DNA of 64,000 nucleotides from Chrysomallon squamiferum (Eukaryota; Animalia; Mollusca). A program made the position numbers and the translations under genes. The notes below the pieces were generated by a model. It saw only the letters and a program-made list of their open reading frames with translations. It was not told the origin of the DNA and made no database searches. Below, piece by piece: positions 1 to 32,463 of the stretch. The DNA lies in contig CM022677.1 in the NCBI GenBank assembly GCA_012295275.1, positions 22,940,001 to 23,004,000 of the forward strand, in the 5' to 3' direction. Each line of letters begins with the position of its first letter. Position 1 is the stretch's first letter.

Positions 1-954
1 TCTGTTCATCTCTTTCCCTGTGGAAAATTATTATAGTGAGGTACGTGTAAGTTTATATACTGTGCTGATGTATTTACCTCTGGATGTTTTTGACAGAAAA
101 TACAATATAGAGTCTGTACGTGTGTATATTATATTAATCTCTTTTCCTTTGGATATGTAATATAATCTGTGTAATGCATTTAAACTCTTTTAAGTATTAA
201 TCTTTTTTCACTGGATGTATATAATCTTTGCATGTGATTTCTCCAATGTATTAATTTCATTTCCTTTAGATGTAATCTGTGTGTATGTCAGTGTGTTTAT
301 ATGTATCAGGCAAATATGTGTATAAGTGTGTGTGTTTGCTTGTGGGTCTGTTTGCCTATTCATCTGTATAATGCAAAGATGATTCTTCTGTGTATCAGTG
401 TTTCTGTGCAAGATATAGATCTAGTACTTATCTGTGTCATGCTGATCTATGTTTCTGTGTGTAAGGCATAGAAAATGCTTATATCTTCTGAGTATGTGTA
501 TCTTTGTAAGGCTTATGTGTTTGCTTCTATCATATATAAGGTATAGATAAGTGTTTTTGATTTGATCTGGTATTTCTCTGAATCAGTGTGTGCGTGTGTG
601 TATGTAAGGCATGGATCAGTGTGTTTGTTAGTATCAGACAGGGCTTTGTGTTTGTGTTTTTGTAAAATGAGTATATCAGTGTATATTTGTTTCTTGTTTC
701 AGGCATGTCACTGAGGTCAGAAAATTTGCTTTTATCAGGTATTTCTTAGCGTGTCTGTGTAATGAGTATATCAGTTTGTTTGCATGTATCTGTGTATCTT
801 CTGTATAAAGTGTGTACGTCCATATTTATGCTTGTATCATTTTGTCTGTCTGTGAATCAAATGTGTTTGTGTGTAGGTTTGTGTGTTTGTGTGTATCATG
901 CTGGTCTGTGTATCTGTTTGGTTGTAAAATATAGGCTGTGTTTCAGTAAGATTC

Positions 955-1340
955 CTATAAAATAAATATTTATAAAATATATTTCTATAAAATATTTATC
1001 TATAAAATATATTCTATAAAATATATATCTATTAAATATATATCTATAAAATACATTTCTATAAAATATTATATCTATAAAATATATATCTATAAAATAT
1101 ATATCTATAAAATACATTTCTATAAAATATTATATCTATAAAATATATTTCTATAAGATATATCTATAAAATATATATCTATAAAATACATTTCTATAAA
1201 ATATTATATCTATAAAATATATTTCTATAAGATATATATCTATAAAATATATATCTATAAAATACATTTCTATAAAATACATATCTATAAAATACATTTC
1301 TATAAAATACATATCTATAAAATATATTTCTATAAAATAT
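955..1340. repeat. AT-rich minisatellite, ~15-bp unit (TCTATAAAATATATA variants)
   Basis: Direct tandem reiteration of tctataaaata(t/c)at(a/t) visible in the sequence. Confidence 0.9.
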
Positions 1341-3595
1341 GTGCATCACATAGTTAAGTATATTAGTGTTTGTTCTTTCTGAATTTAATACATGTCTTTA
1401 AAGTGGGAGTTTTTGGTATAATGTGTTGATCTTCTTGACCTTGGATTATAGTAGAGTTTGTATGGGTAAGTTTATTTTTGAAATGTGTTGACCTACTCTG
1501 GGTATGCAGTATTATTTTGTATGAGAATGTTTATTTATGTAAACTGTTTTTTTCTGAATTTATAATGTAATCTTGGATAATGCAAGTTTGTTTATTTCAT
1601 TTTTGTGTATTTCAGTTAGCAATGAGTGTATCTGAACATATTCTTACTTATATTCTTGTTTATATCTGTGTTACCTGTATGTATCTACTTCTGTCTCACT
1701 GTCTCTATAAGGTGTAGACTATTGTGTTGGTAGAATTGTGTTTTGCTCTGTAACAGACATGTGTCTTCCAATGTTGTGTCTGTGTACTGTGTACTGCAGG
1801 TCTGTGAGTCAGTGTGTTATTTCTCTCTTTTCAGTGTTTGCTTGCAATTTTCTATATCTCTGTTTATCATGTAAGGTGTATAAAGAGTGTGTCTGCTTGT
1901 ATTAAATATGTTTATCTATCTGTGTGAGGTGTATAATGCTGTGCTGAGTATCAGTAAATTTGTATAAGATTAGCATGTCTGCTTTTATCTGATAGCTCTG
2001 TGTAAGGATACATCAGTGTGTTTGGAGTGTATATCAGGTTCTGTGCAAGTGGTAGATTTGTGGGTTTGATTTTGTTTTCTAGGTTCAGGTTTGTTCTGTC
2101 TATCAGATAAACATGTTTATTTTATCATGTAGATCTGCACAGGCTTTGATTAGTTTGTTTTATATATCATGCACCTCTTTGTCTAACTGGCTGTCTATAA
2201 ATTAAAGGTGTATATCTTCGTCAGGTTTGTCCATTCAGGTTGTTCTGTCTGTCAGTGTTCTGTATCAGGCTTTGATTAGTTTGTTTTATGTATGGCGTCT
2301 ACACTAATGTGAAAGGCATAGATCAGGTATGTCATCCTCTGCATCCATAGTGTGTTTGTGTTGTTTCAGATTGCACATATAAATGGTGAATCTGTGGATG
2401 TCATCCATAGATTTGTTGTTAAATGGTCAATCTGGGATGGATTTGGTTGTAATAGATACGTTATTTAGCTGTAATATGTAGGTTGTGTTTCAGTATATAT
2501 GTATAAAAATATATATTTTTTCTGAGTTTTGTTGTGTAAAAGTGTCTGTGGGAAAAAGTAAAAGGATTTGGAAATGATTGCATAAAGTGTACATTTTGTG
2601 TTTATTTATAGAAAATGCATGTGTATCAGTGTGTTTGCACATTTTCTAAATATAGTCTAATAATGACTACGAACTGAGAATCTAAACAAGTAGGGAAAAT
2701 AATACAAATGACAAATATTTCCTACCTTAATTTCTTGAAACTCCTAGCAGTAGAAAAACCACATGACAACAACAATGGCTGCACACCGTGACGTAGTTTT
2801 CTATTAATGACGTCATAATTTCATTCGGTTAATTCCTTTTATCGAGTATTTAGCAATAATAATAATAATAATATCAAAACGAACAGCAACAAAATACATT
2901 AATTTTATTATAAACACACATAATTATCATTGTCTTCATCATCGTCGTCGTCATCAACAACAACAAATAAGTTATTTTAATATTATACTAATCAATGGCA
3001 GATCGAGTTCATTATGCCCTTCGGAAAAGATGAAAACGCATGTTCTAGAATATTGCCAGTGCTTATTAATTATTTAATTCACTTTAATGTATTAAAACTT
3101 GAAGCAGGTTATAGCAGATCTCTTACGTTCGTCATCACAGAATTAGCTTTACACGTACACATATATAAACGCACGCGCACATAAACATTCATAACAACGC
3201 GCGCACATATACACACATTAAACACACACACACACACAACAAACACCAAACCACAAATATATTCACTCACGCACACACTCATAAACACGCACACCTACAA
3301 ACATGCATAAACACACACTAACATATACACACGCACACATACACGCACACACTCATAAACACACACACATGCAAACATGCACAAACACATAAATACATGC
3401 ACACATAAACGCACACATACACGCATACACAGACATGCGACTCACACGCTCGGTCCATTAAGACACTATTTATACAGTTCAGCTGTTTGATTATATTTGT
3501 TTTATTTACAGAAAATAAAATAAATTATTTTTATATTTTTCATTTATGATTATTATTATTATTTATTTTTAATATTTGATTTACTTCTCCTCTGT

Positions 3596-3666
<71 letters not shown>

Positions 3667-3754
3667 TTCTTCATATTATTATTGTCTTTTCCAGCACTTG
3701 CATAAACGCATTAACAGTTTCAACGTCTTAAAACAACTCAGCTCTTATGATAGA

Positions 3755-4112
3755 ACACACACTGAAGTTAACTGCTCTGTAAACAGCACACTGAAGTTAA
3801 CTAGACTCTGTAGAATAGCACACGTTAACTAAAAAATAACACTGAAGTTAACTAGACTTAGAATTATACTGAAGTTAACTAGACTCTGTAGAAATAGCAC
3901 ACTGAAGTTAACTAGACTGTAGAATAGCACACTGAAGTTAACTAGACTGTAGAAATAGCACACTGAAGTTAACTAGACTCTGTAGAATAGCACATTGAAG
4001 TTAACTAGACTCTGTAGAATAGCACATTGAAGTTAACTAGACTCTGTAGAAATAGCACACTGAAGTTAACTAGACTCTGTAGAATAGCACATTGAAGTTA
4101 ACTAGACTCTGT
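3755..4112. repeat. Minisatellite, ~30-bp unit AGAATAGCACACTGAAGTTAACTAGACTCTGT, immediately 3' of the G1 stop
   Basis: About 11 tandem copies, each with a GTTAAC core. Confidence 0.9.
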
Positions 4113-4139
4113 GACTACAGTACAGTGCAGTGTTTAATC

Positions 4140-10452
<6,313 letters not shown>

Positions 10453-11125
10453 GTTTGAATTTCTGAAAGGTAGAGTAACAATCATATATATATATATACT
10501 ATTACAGCTACTACTATTGCTACTACTATATCGCTACTACTACTACTACAGCTACAGGTGTTGCTGCTGTTGCTACTACTATTACTACTGCCACGGCAAC
10601 ATCACAATCACCACCACATCATCATAATCATCATTATTTTTACTACTACTACTAGTTACTATACTACTTCCAACACTATTATTAACCTATACTATTACCA
10701 CGACCACAACTACTATTTCTACTAACACTATTACTACCGACATCACTATTCCTAATTTCATTTTCTTACAATACCTTAATATTAATACTGTGTTCTTTCT
10801 TTCTTCTTCTTTCTTTTTCTTTTTTTTTTATGTGTGTATTTTATGTGTTTCGTAATTACTATAAAAGAGAAATGTTACAACCGCTGTATTTTCTATTATT
10901 ACAAGACCAAGTTTATCGTCGTAAAAAACACTATCACCTAGGAATTCATCCACATAGTTGTATGAAACAAGTCGGAATAATGTCATTCTTCGCAGTGTCT
11001 GTTCTTATCGCTGTCTTAATTGTCCTAATAAAATAAAACATATTTACCTTCTGCTTAGAAGCTACATAAACATAACCAAGTAATAATATTAATCTAATAA
11101 TAATAATAATGATAATAATAATAAT

Positions 11126-11158
<33 letters not shown>

Positions 11159-11421
11159 AAGAAGAAAGTACTTGAAAAATAACATTAATAACAATAATAT
11201 TAATAATTATCAATTAAATTTATTTAATTATGTGTTCTGTCCATTGGTCAAAAAAAAAATCTAAATGTTTCTACGCCTACCGTAATTCGGATTAAATTTT
11301 GTATATCTTCCATGCATGCTTTACTCAGAGACACAGTTAAAGTTACGATGACATCAATAATTAATATTTCTCCCTGGCTAATAAGTGCAACGAAATTTAG
11401 TGCCCGTCATTTTGTTTTAGA

Positions 11422-11429
11422 TGACGTCA
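11422..11429. promoter_or_regulatory. Full CRE palindrome TGACGTCA upstream of G1
   Basis: Exact match ~1 kb upstream of the G1 ATG, near putative 5' exons (donor-like sites near 11280 and 11047). Confidence 0.35.
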
Positions 11430-11487
11430 TTGAAAACTACATAACGTAAGCAGTTACCAAGCCAAAAAAAAAAAATGTTCTTATTTG

Positions 11488-11533
<46 letters not shown>

Positions 11534-11590
11534 TGATGATAATAATATGAGGACTCGCACAGCCTCGCACATACAGAAAATGTACACAAT

Positions 11591-11666
<76 letters not shown>

Positions 11667-11997
11667 CCATTGTTACTTTATATCAAAAAAGTTTAATAAT
11701 CATTAACAAAAATATGTATCAGTTACTATTTTGTGTTGTAACATCACGTTGTAAATAGAAGGTTAAAAAAAAAATAAAAAAAAAAGAAGAAAAAGGAATG
11801 GATGTCTGTATGTATGTATGTTTCCCTTTCCAAACAGACTCCATTTTACTTTGCTCTGTGAAACAATGTACTTTTAAAAATATACTTTCTTCTTCTTCTT
11901 TTCTTCGTATAAAATTTATTTATTTATTTATTTTATTTATTTATTTATTTTTATTTTATTTTATTTTTATTATTATTTTATTTTATTTATTTATTTA

Positions 11998-12054
<57 letters not shown>

Positions 12055-12936
12055 TTGGTTTATTTATTCATTTATTTTTTGTTGTTTATTTGTTTGTTTG
12101 TTTCAATTCGATAGATTGGATTTTGATAAATTAAATTCTTTATGACCGGAGCAATCGTTTCAATTCCGCTCTAGCAGTAGCTGTCTTCACCAAGTCGTAA
12201 CAGAGGCGATTAATTGGACGGACTTTCCGACAATACTTTCTTCACTAGTAGTGTCTATTTAAATATGTCAGCTTTCTTCAGTAGTAGAGTCTACTTAAAT
12301 GTCAACTTACTTCACTAGTAGTATCTATTGAAATATGTTAACTTTCTTTTGTCTATATTTTATTATTAATAACAAGTTTTATGTTATGAACAAGTTGTAT
12401 TGACGTTTCACTTGGCAGGTAATGTCATATACTCTTTCACTTTCTTCTGAAAAGTACACACACACACGCTTAACATAGCACACACACACATAAATACACG
12501 TATATGTGTTTGTATGTGTGTGTGTGTGTGTGTGTGTATAGTACTAACATACACTAATTATTATTCATATGAGAATTACTCTGACCACTCTCTGCCTTAA
12601 TACTACTCTATTTAAACTGGATATTTTGTGAAAGGAACAAACAAGATAAGAATGTAGTTATATCCAGGTTATATTTGAATAACAATTGAATACTATTATA
12701 CAGACGACCGCCAGTTTATTTCAGGACGTCATCGATAAGCTGTTGAAAACTAAAGATGTCAGCCCCCCATGTTTGCAGTTAAACCACTGCCACAGTTCTG
12801 AATAGTAAAACGGCTTCATTCGAGTTTCACTGGGTTGCCATTCTTTAGTTCTTTATTATGATAAGTTGTCGGAAACAGTTAAAGAATAATAATAATCTGG
12901 AAATGTGTGTTTGTGTATATATATATATCTCTCTGT

Positions 12937-12973
<37 letters not shown>

Positions 12974-13072
12974 GAACATATACTTGAAAAGTAAAAACGA
13001 CTTAGAAATAGTAAGAAGTCAGTTTTATTGTGTCGTTGCTAGGCTAACGAACCAGTAAAGGCAGGTTTTCTT

Positions 13073-13209
13073 TTATTTGGGGCTCGCTGCAGATTTAGAA
13101 GATACAGCACTGTCACGATGCATTTTGTGTTCTTTCTTGTCTGAGCCTATTAACGTCTGAGTAACTTTCTTTTTCCGACTACTGAAATAAACGGTATAAA
13201 TACACTGTA

Positions 13210-13244
<35 letters not shown>

Positions 13245-13497
13245 AAATCATAAGTAAGTAAATATTAAAACAAATGTTTAATGGTTAACGTTAGATCATT
13301 ATTATTTGTTCTGTACAGAACCTACAAATCAACATTAACAATAAAGATTTCTTTAATACACTGTGGAAAAAATTGTCCAGTGTTGGAAACTTTATTTAAT
13401 AAATCATAATTAAATACATTTTTGCTGTTACTACAAAGTTACTAATAATGTATTACTATTGTCATCATTATTATCATCATCATTATTATTATTATTA

Positions 13498-13576
<79 letters not shown>

Positions 13577-13848
13577 GTTACTGAATTTTATTACTTTCAC
13601 TGCTATTACTGCTACTAGGTTTACCAAATTAGTCATAACACATAATCAAGTAAGATTAATAATAACAATGCTGATTATTAATAATCACCCGATGAAAAGG
13701 TAAGCCAGACCAGATGAACCAAAGGCAATGAAAGCCACAGCAATAATCGCTATCACCATTGAAGTGATCCCTGATCTGCCCACTGCTCACGTGAAGTCAT
13801 ACAAATTTCATGATTATAATGTATAATTATAATAATAATACACATGTA

Positions 13849-13895
<47 letters not shown>

Positions 13896-13938
13896 TATGC
13901 GCTTCCGTCTATTGCTCGCTTACATTATTTTAATTAGC

Positions 13939-14023
<85 letters not shown>

Positions 14024-14844
14024 CAACCATAGATAAACAAAAGCTTTGAGAATAACGAAAAATAAAAGACAGGAACAATCAACAGTGTTGTTGTCAGTAC
14101 TAAAGATAACGACGCGAGATGTATTGTCAGTAACAACAGAAAATACCCGGGCATTTAGCGTGTAAATCACACTCTTTCGTAATGATTTTCCAGGTGTCAC
14201 CTACACATGGCTCATCAGAAGCTGGATTAGTACAGTTCCGTATTAATGTGACCTGCAGTATGCCGGGCCCACCACACGTCACACTGCATATACCCACCAC
14301 ACTTGTCCAAGTACTCCACCCACCTTTCACTTAAACGAAACATGAAACAAACCAAAAAAAACAAACAATAAACAGTCAAACAATCATAAAAATCAACAGA
14401 TACACAAATAAATAAGTAAATAAATAAATAAATATAATTTAAATTAACAATTATTATTATTTTGTTTTTAAAGAAACTGATATGAAACAATTCAACTTTT
14501 TCTCTTTTATGGTGAAGTATTATCAGATTTTTTGTTTTGATATCAGTTACAACTATAACTAAAACTATTATTATTATTATTATTATTATTTAATCAATTA
14601 ATTAATTAACTGACTGACTTATTTATTTCTATTGTTGTAATTGTTTTTAACGTTAGAAATGTATATGCAATACGGATAAAAATGAAGTGCTTGAATGAAT
14701 TCTGTACAAACCATGTACTTTAGGTAGTCTCTGAATTAGCAGCAATGATATCCATACTATAGTCTGAAAGGAAGATAAACAGTCATTAAACTTACAAAAC
14801 AAACAAACACCCAAATAAATAAATAAGAAAATAAACAAATAAAA

Positions 14845-14887
<43 letters not shown>

Positions 14888-14942
14888 ATATTTCAGTAAG
14901 TAATATACTCATTGCCTAAAAATATATTTATTGTAATATAAT

Positions 14943-15002
<60 letters not shown>

Positions 15003-15063
15003 TTCTTAAAAAATATGATGTAAATTATAAATCCAAGTTAATTATTATTACCTTGAACACCAT
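13073..15063 (-). CDS. G2: minimal type I membrane protein with a single TSP1 repeat (~149 aa)
   Basis: Exons: 15063-15052 (MVFK); 14763-14712 (TIVWISLLLIQRLPKVH); TSR 14329-14147 (GGWSTW..CSVTCGG..RNCTNP..C..C); TM 13782-13689 (MVIAIIAVAFIAFGSSGLAYLFI); tail 13181-13073 (SRKKK..SPK*). GT-AG introns, phases 0/1/1/2. Confidence 0.75.
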
Positions 15064-15377
15064 AATGATATGGTGTCATATGATGTATTCGCGTCTGCTT
15101 ATTTAACATTACGTCATGATAAAATAACACGTCATAGAGATTTGCTTTGTTTTCAGAGATTCAGAATACTCGGCATATTAAATGTGGGGTATTTACTCTC
15201 ATTGATCAAGTACAAAGAGCACGAGAATACATATTACTAGTAACAAAACAACAGTTGGCATCTTCAAAACAAAAAAGACCCAAACCATATAATTATTTAT
15301 CTATAATCCTTAGTTAGCAAGAATATTTTAATATTTTAAAAGCCGTTTAATATGTAATTAAACAGATTTTAAATTTG

Positions 15378-15428
<51 letters not shown>

Positions 15429-15472
15429 TTAACGAGTTTATCAATGATCTGTGATAAGAATGAAAAATATTG

Positions 15473-16555
15473 TGGTGCAGGGGAAATAACTCTAATTTAA
15501 TTTGACGAAATACGAAGTTGTAGTGCAAAATGAAAACCATTTTATTTATATTTGGTTCCGTTTTTATTGCTTCCGTTTTATTATTATTACATTTTAAATA
15601 CTGTTTTTAGATTCAACAAATAATAATAATAAATAAATATATAAATAAATAAATAAAAAATATACACACACAAATTCAGTATACTATACCAAATAAATAG
15701 AACTAATTAAATATAAATTAAGCGATTAATATCAATTTGGATTCATTTTATAAATATTAAAAATATAAATATAAATAAATAAACAAACAAATAAATATTC
15801 ATTCTGGTATTCATTTCACAAAATAATAATAATAACAATAATTATAATAATAATAATAATAAGAAGAAGAAGAAGAAGAAGAAGACGAAGAAGAAGAATA
15901 AAATAAATAAATAAATATTAGAAACTGAGAGTTCGTAACATAATTCATTAAGTTTGAATATTATTAATATTAATATGACTAATAATTTCCGATGACAAAT
16001 TATGGTCTAAGGGAAACAACTCTAAATTGATTACCCTTTTCTTTGGCTGAAACTACATTAACAAAAAATATTCCATTTGTTTGATTTTAATATTGATTAA
16101 AAACTACCGCGGCGATTAGGGAGTACAACATATCATCTTTGGCTAGAAAAGTATTTATTAAGAAAATAGTTTCCCTTAGATCACTGAATATACAACCAGA
16201 TAAAAATGGCGCATTCACTTTATAATGAATACAATAAACATTTATTTCTGTAACGACTGATAACTATATATTTTATATATTTCAAGACATTTAGTTATAA
16301 TTATTATGTTTCAATATTAAAATATGTTTTATTTCAAACATACTTGAAAAATTATCGACTTTCGGGCGTTCTTACTTTAGATAATGGTCTAAGAGGAACA
16401 ACTCTTGTATGGAAAACAGCAATAAGATAATTAGAGTTGTTCCCCTTAGACCATTTGGAAGTTATTTAGAGTATACTAATATTTGTTTTTTTAGATAGTT
16501 TTTATTATTATTATTATAATTATTATTATTATCTAGATTTCGCTTTTAAATTTTA

Positions 16556-16613
<58 letters not shown>

Positions 16614-16908
16614 TGTTGTTGATAATATTTATTTATTAAATTATCGTCTGATAGGATGTTCTTACTTTAGATAATGGTCTAAGAGGAATAACTCTTGTAC
16701 TGCATCAAATACAAAATAACAATAGAATGTTGTAGTCGCTTTGACACTCTTTATTTTTCTGCGTCAACTGAATTACGGAATTGCGAGGACTTTTGGGAAT
16801 TTAAGCAGTGCTGAAAACAATAAATGTAGAAACAAATAATACTGTAAAACACTATAGTGGAAACGAAAACAGAAAATAAACATAATTAGAGTTGTTCCCC
16901 TTAGACCA
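15473..16908. repeat. Cluster of a ~21-bp motif TGGTCTAAG(G/A)G(A/G)AA(C/T)AACTCT in both orientations, forming inverted-repeat pairs
   Basis: Forward copies at 15473, 16003, 16385, 16675; reverse copies at 16168 (partial), 16433, 16888. Confidence 0.75.
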
Positions 16909-16955
16909 GTTGAAAATAGTTTAAAATTGATATTAATTTTATTTTTTAGATACCC

Positions 16956-17003
<48 letters not shown>

Positions 17004-17004
17004 C

Positions 17005-17075
<71 letters not shown>

Positions 17076-17930
17076 CATTATTATTATTATTATTATTATT
17101 TTCTAGGTTTCTTTTTTAATTTTCAATTATTATTTTTTTTTGATATTGTTTTTTTATTTAATTATTATTTTTGTTTTATTCTTATTTAATTCCTAATTGC
17201 AGTTCAGTTAACAAGAAAAGTTATTTTATATTGTTATACTAATTACAGACACCATTATGTAAAATATTTAGAAAAAGTGCAAGGCTATAGGACTTAAGAA
17301 CGACTATTTTAGATAGTTGATACTGAGTTGAAAAATGTTTTACCTAATGTGACTTTAGTCGTTCCCTTACACGAGCAGATTGTTTGCTAATGAAATTCCT
17401 CTGACTTATTATTTTCCTTATTTTGATGTTTAATTAATTTATTTGTTTTTTATTATATTTTCCATTTTATTAATTCTTATTTTTTAATTCTTATTTTTTA
17501 TTTTATAATAATTGTTAATATTTGTGTTTTTTTTGCTTTTTTTATGTGTGAAATTTGTCATATTATGGGCTTCTATTTTTGTTCTTAATTCATCTTACTC
17601 TTTACATTCTGTTTTTATTATTATTATTTCAGCTCTCTTTTTTCATAAATACTAATACTTATAAAGTAATATCTAGCTATCTAGCTACCTATCTATCGTT
17701 ATAGAAAGAAAAATTATTAAATTTAGGCTGATCTCTTTAATGTAAAAATTCCATTGATCCTAAAATTATAACAACAATGGATCTAATACATTATAGTTGT
17801 CAAAACAGATTTTTCCTTAGTACACAAACTAGCAAAATTCAGGATGCTGAATCTGCAGTTACGAAAACCATAATTCCAAATCACCAATAAAATGATGTTG
17901 TAATGAGAGTTTGGCTTTCTGAGAATATCA

Positions 17931-29106
<11,176 letters not shown>

Positions 29107-32100
29107 GTGCCGCTCTTACGGTTGTAATATCTGTAAAGTAAATAATAATAATAATAATAAATTCATAATCATAAGTATAACAACAATAAAAGTAGATTAA
29201 TTATTATTGTTGTTATTGCCATTAATAATGATAACAGTAGTAGTAGTAGTAACAAGACTAACAAAACGATACAAAGTAAAAATAAATAAATAAAATGAGT
29301 TACATAAAATCAATAACAATAACAATAACAAACACAACAACAACAACTAATAATGATAACAATCTATAAATAATATTATTGACAGGCAGCATACACACAC
29401 AAATTATTGCAATCTAAATATAATACAAATAATACAAATAATACAAAATAATTATCATGAAAAAAGGCTGTTTTTTTAATAATATTTATATAACAGGCCG
29501 AACACATTATGACAAAACAAAGGAAGCATTTATGATAAGTGTGTATTTAAAAACCTTCCATATTATTATAAACTACACCTGTTTAAATTCCTTTCAATCA
29601 TTTCTCGTCGTAACCAACCTGAACGCCATCTTCCTTCTTACGTAAGACTTCGAACGTCACAATTATTAAAAATGACGTGCTGATAAAAATGTGTATTTTT
29701 CCGGATACAGTTTCCGTTTGAAGTTGTTATATTTATTTAGTAATTTTATTTATTTATTTATTTAGTAATTTATGTATTCATATAAAGATTAATATAAAGA
29801 AAGAAATTTAGAAATAGATATACCAAATAAAACTAATATCAGTCCACAAAATTATTTGAAATATATTCATACATATACCCCTAAATAGAATTTATAAATG
29901 ACTATATATGTAATATATATATATTTACACACATACACACTCACGCTCACACAAACACACACACATACATAAACATACACACTCCCGTATACACACAAAC
30001 AAAATATAAACATATATATTCCATACATTTGTTACGTCAAACAATTGCATCACATCCTACAACGTCATTCACAGGCACAGACAAATAAAACCAAAAAGGA
30101 TAATTTCTTATTTAATCATAATAATAATAATATAAATAATGTATTCAACTGCGAGTCTTGAACATTTTTCATAAATTCTGGACGCTATGTCTATCCATTC
30201 ATCTCAGTGGTTATAATCTGTAAGTCTTTGTGTTTGTTTACTCAGTTCATAATTGGATAATCATTTTTTAATTTTAATTTATTTAATTATTGAGCTAGAT
30301 TTTCTCTAACATGGCTCCTAATGAGTTCCAAATGAACATTATCGGAAAGTCTGTGTGTCTGCTAGTATTGAATCGTGTTTGGTTTTGAACAGTAGATATC
30401 TCTCAGTGATCAAACTATATTTTTATGCCAATCAAAACCAATTTACCTCGTAGGCTGACCAGAAATCCTGCCTAAAGGAGGACAGTTCTGCCTTTGCGCA
30501 ATCAGTCCTCCGTTAATTTAGTTCTTCCTTGTCTAGAATTACATAAATTAAATTACCTAGGGATAAAATCGTACATTTCGATAAGTGTGTATAAATTGTA
30601 ACCGAGTTTGTGTGTAAATAATATTATTTATACATAGCTATATACATTAATTCAACAGCGAAATTAGCTGCATTATCCTAAGGCAATAATATAAAATAAA
30701 GGACTGGAAGGATTTGGACATTACATTGTACAATGATGTCTATGTCCACTGCTCTTAAATGTTCAGTGGAACGTGTTTTGTGACCAAAATAATCCAAAAT
30801 TAAAAAAAAATGAAATAGCAATGAGTTTCCTTATAATAACAGATTCATGTCACACTTTCTCCCACTGAACAGTTACGTACAGAAAGTAATAGTTTACATC
30901 TCGGTGTCTTTCCCGATTCATTGCCAGACACTGCAGTAATAAAACTCAAACATTCGTATAAGGAGCATTTAAAGCAGCAAATGAGAAATGGAAAACAGTG
31001 AAGTCAAAGAGAAGCTGAAGAAGCTCCAGTAACTGAAAAATAGATTAACTAAGCGAGCGAACTGAACATACCAATTCGATAAACCATACATACATGACAA
31101 TGAAATAACCATAGGTAACACACCAAAACTAATCAAATGAGAAGTTATTAACTAAAATTAGTCTAAACAACTATTTCTATTACACAACGTTAAAGCAGCC
31201 CCATCTCTGTATATATTTTAAACACTGAGAGATAAATTTAATAAGCATAAGAACACAACTGTTTTCACGCACTTGTTAATGCAACTTAATCCTTAACTCG
31301 TCATTTATACAAAACGGCGAAGTCAACATTTACCTTGCAACATTACCAGAGATAGTGTCTAAAGAATAAAATAACTTACAGCAATCGTAGTTAAACAAAG
31401 ATTAAAAATATCGTTACCTATGTTGCTCTGAACTGTACAGTCGTTCAGTTACATCATGTGAGTCCTATACTCGCATCTTTCCAGTTTCAGGCTAAAGACC
31501 AAACAGACAGGAGACTATGTTGTATTGAGACATGCTGTTTTCCTGGTAAAACAAAGTCTGTCTACTCCTGGTGGAATATACTATCACCATGTATTTTATT
31601 TAATTACTGCGCATAACAACAATGAAAGCTGATCATTACTTCGAATAAAAGTAGAAAATAAAATTGTATTTTGAGAAACGAACTTGAGCACGTTTACTGA
31701 ACGCTCATAACAAAGATTGTTTGTTGATAAAATACGACAAAAGACAGGAACTGAATAGCACTTCTGATCCTACGCAGCAGTTTGTCGAATCAACAAGTCT
31801 AATCAGTATGGAACGAAACGCCATGGAACGCTACATATTTAAAGGTGTATGTGATCGTTGCAGATTATTTGATGTTCCAGCAATGAAAATGTTAATTTTT
31901 CTTTCGATGTTTAATAATCTGGTAGAACTGATTGACAAAATAGGGATTTTATGTTTTGACGAACATTCAAGAAATCGGAAACTTGTACGTTTTAACATGT
32001 TCAGTCACTGAATCTTCAGATTAAATAGTCGAGTATAATGGATTTGTGTGTGTATCTGTGTGTGTGTGTGTGTGTGTGTTTTTACTTTGACTGGCTGATG

Positions 32101-32463
32101 GTCGCGAGATATGAACAGTTCAAAAACCAAAACTCTAAATACTAGTCCTTTGCATTTTGCACTCATTCCTGAAGCTTTTGTTTCTCTACCTTCACAATGA
32201 CACTTTGTACAGACTTTTTTAGGAAATTAAGTTCCAGTCACATGAAAATGTGTCAAAAAATATCTCATAATCTTCCAGACAAACATCCTCTCTTCGGCAG
32301 AATAACTGGATTTCATTCAGTTAATTCCTAAGACAGGAGTCCTTTGTCTCTACTATCATTACCAGTTCAAACTAATTCTACAGCCTACGATTATTTCTAA
32401 AGCATTAAAATATTGTTTTGTCAAGTTCCTTTCTGTGTTTATTGCAGGCACTCCGTATGGAGA

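Noticed and set aside
3755-4112. Regular ~30-bp repeats resembling a CRISPR array
   Set aside because: Units are contiguous with no unique spacers, the context is eukaryotic and there are no cas genes; it is a minisatellite
31721-32011. 96-aa plus-strand ORF in the divergent spacer
   Set aside because: Non-ATG start, no recognisable motif or supporting splice structure
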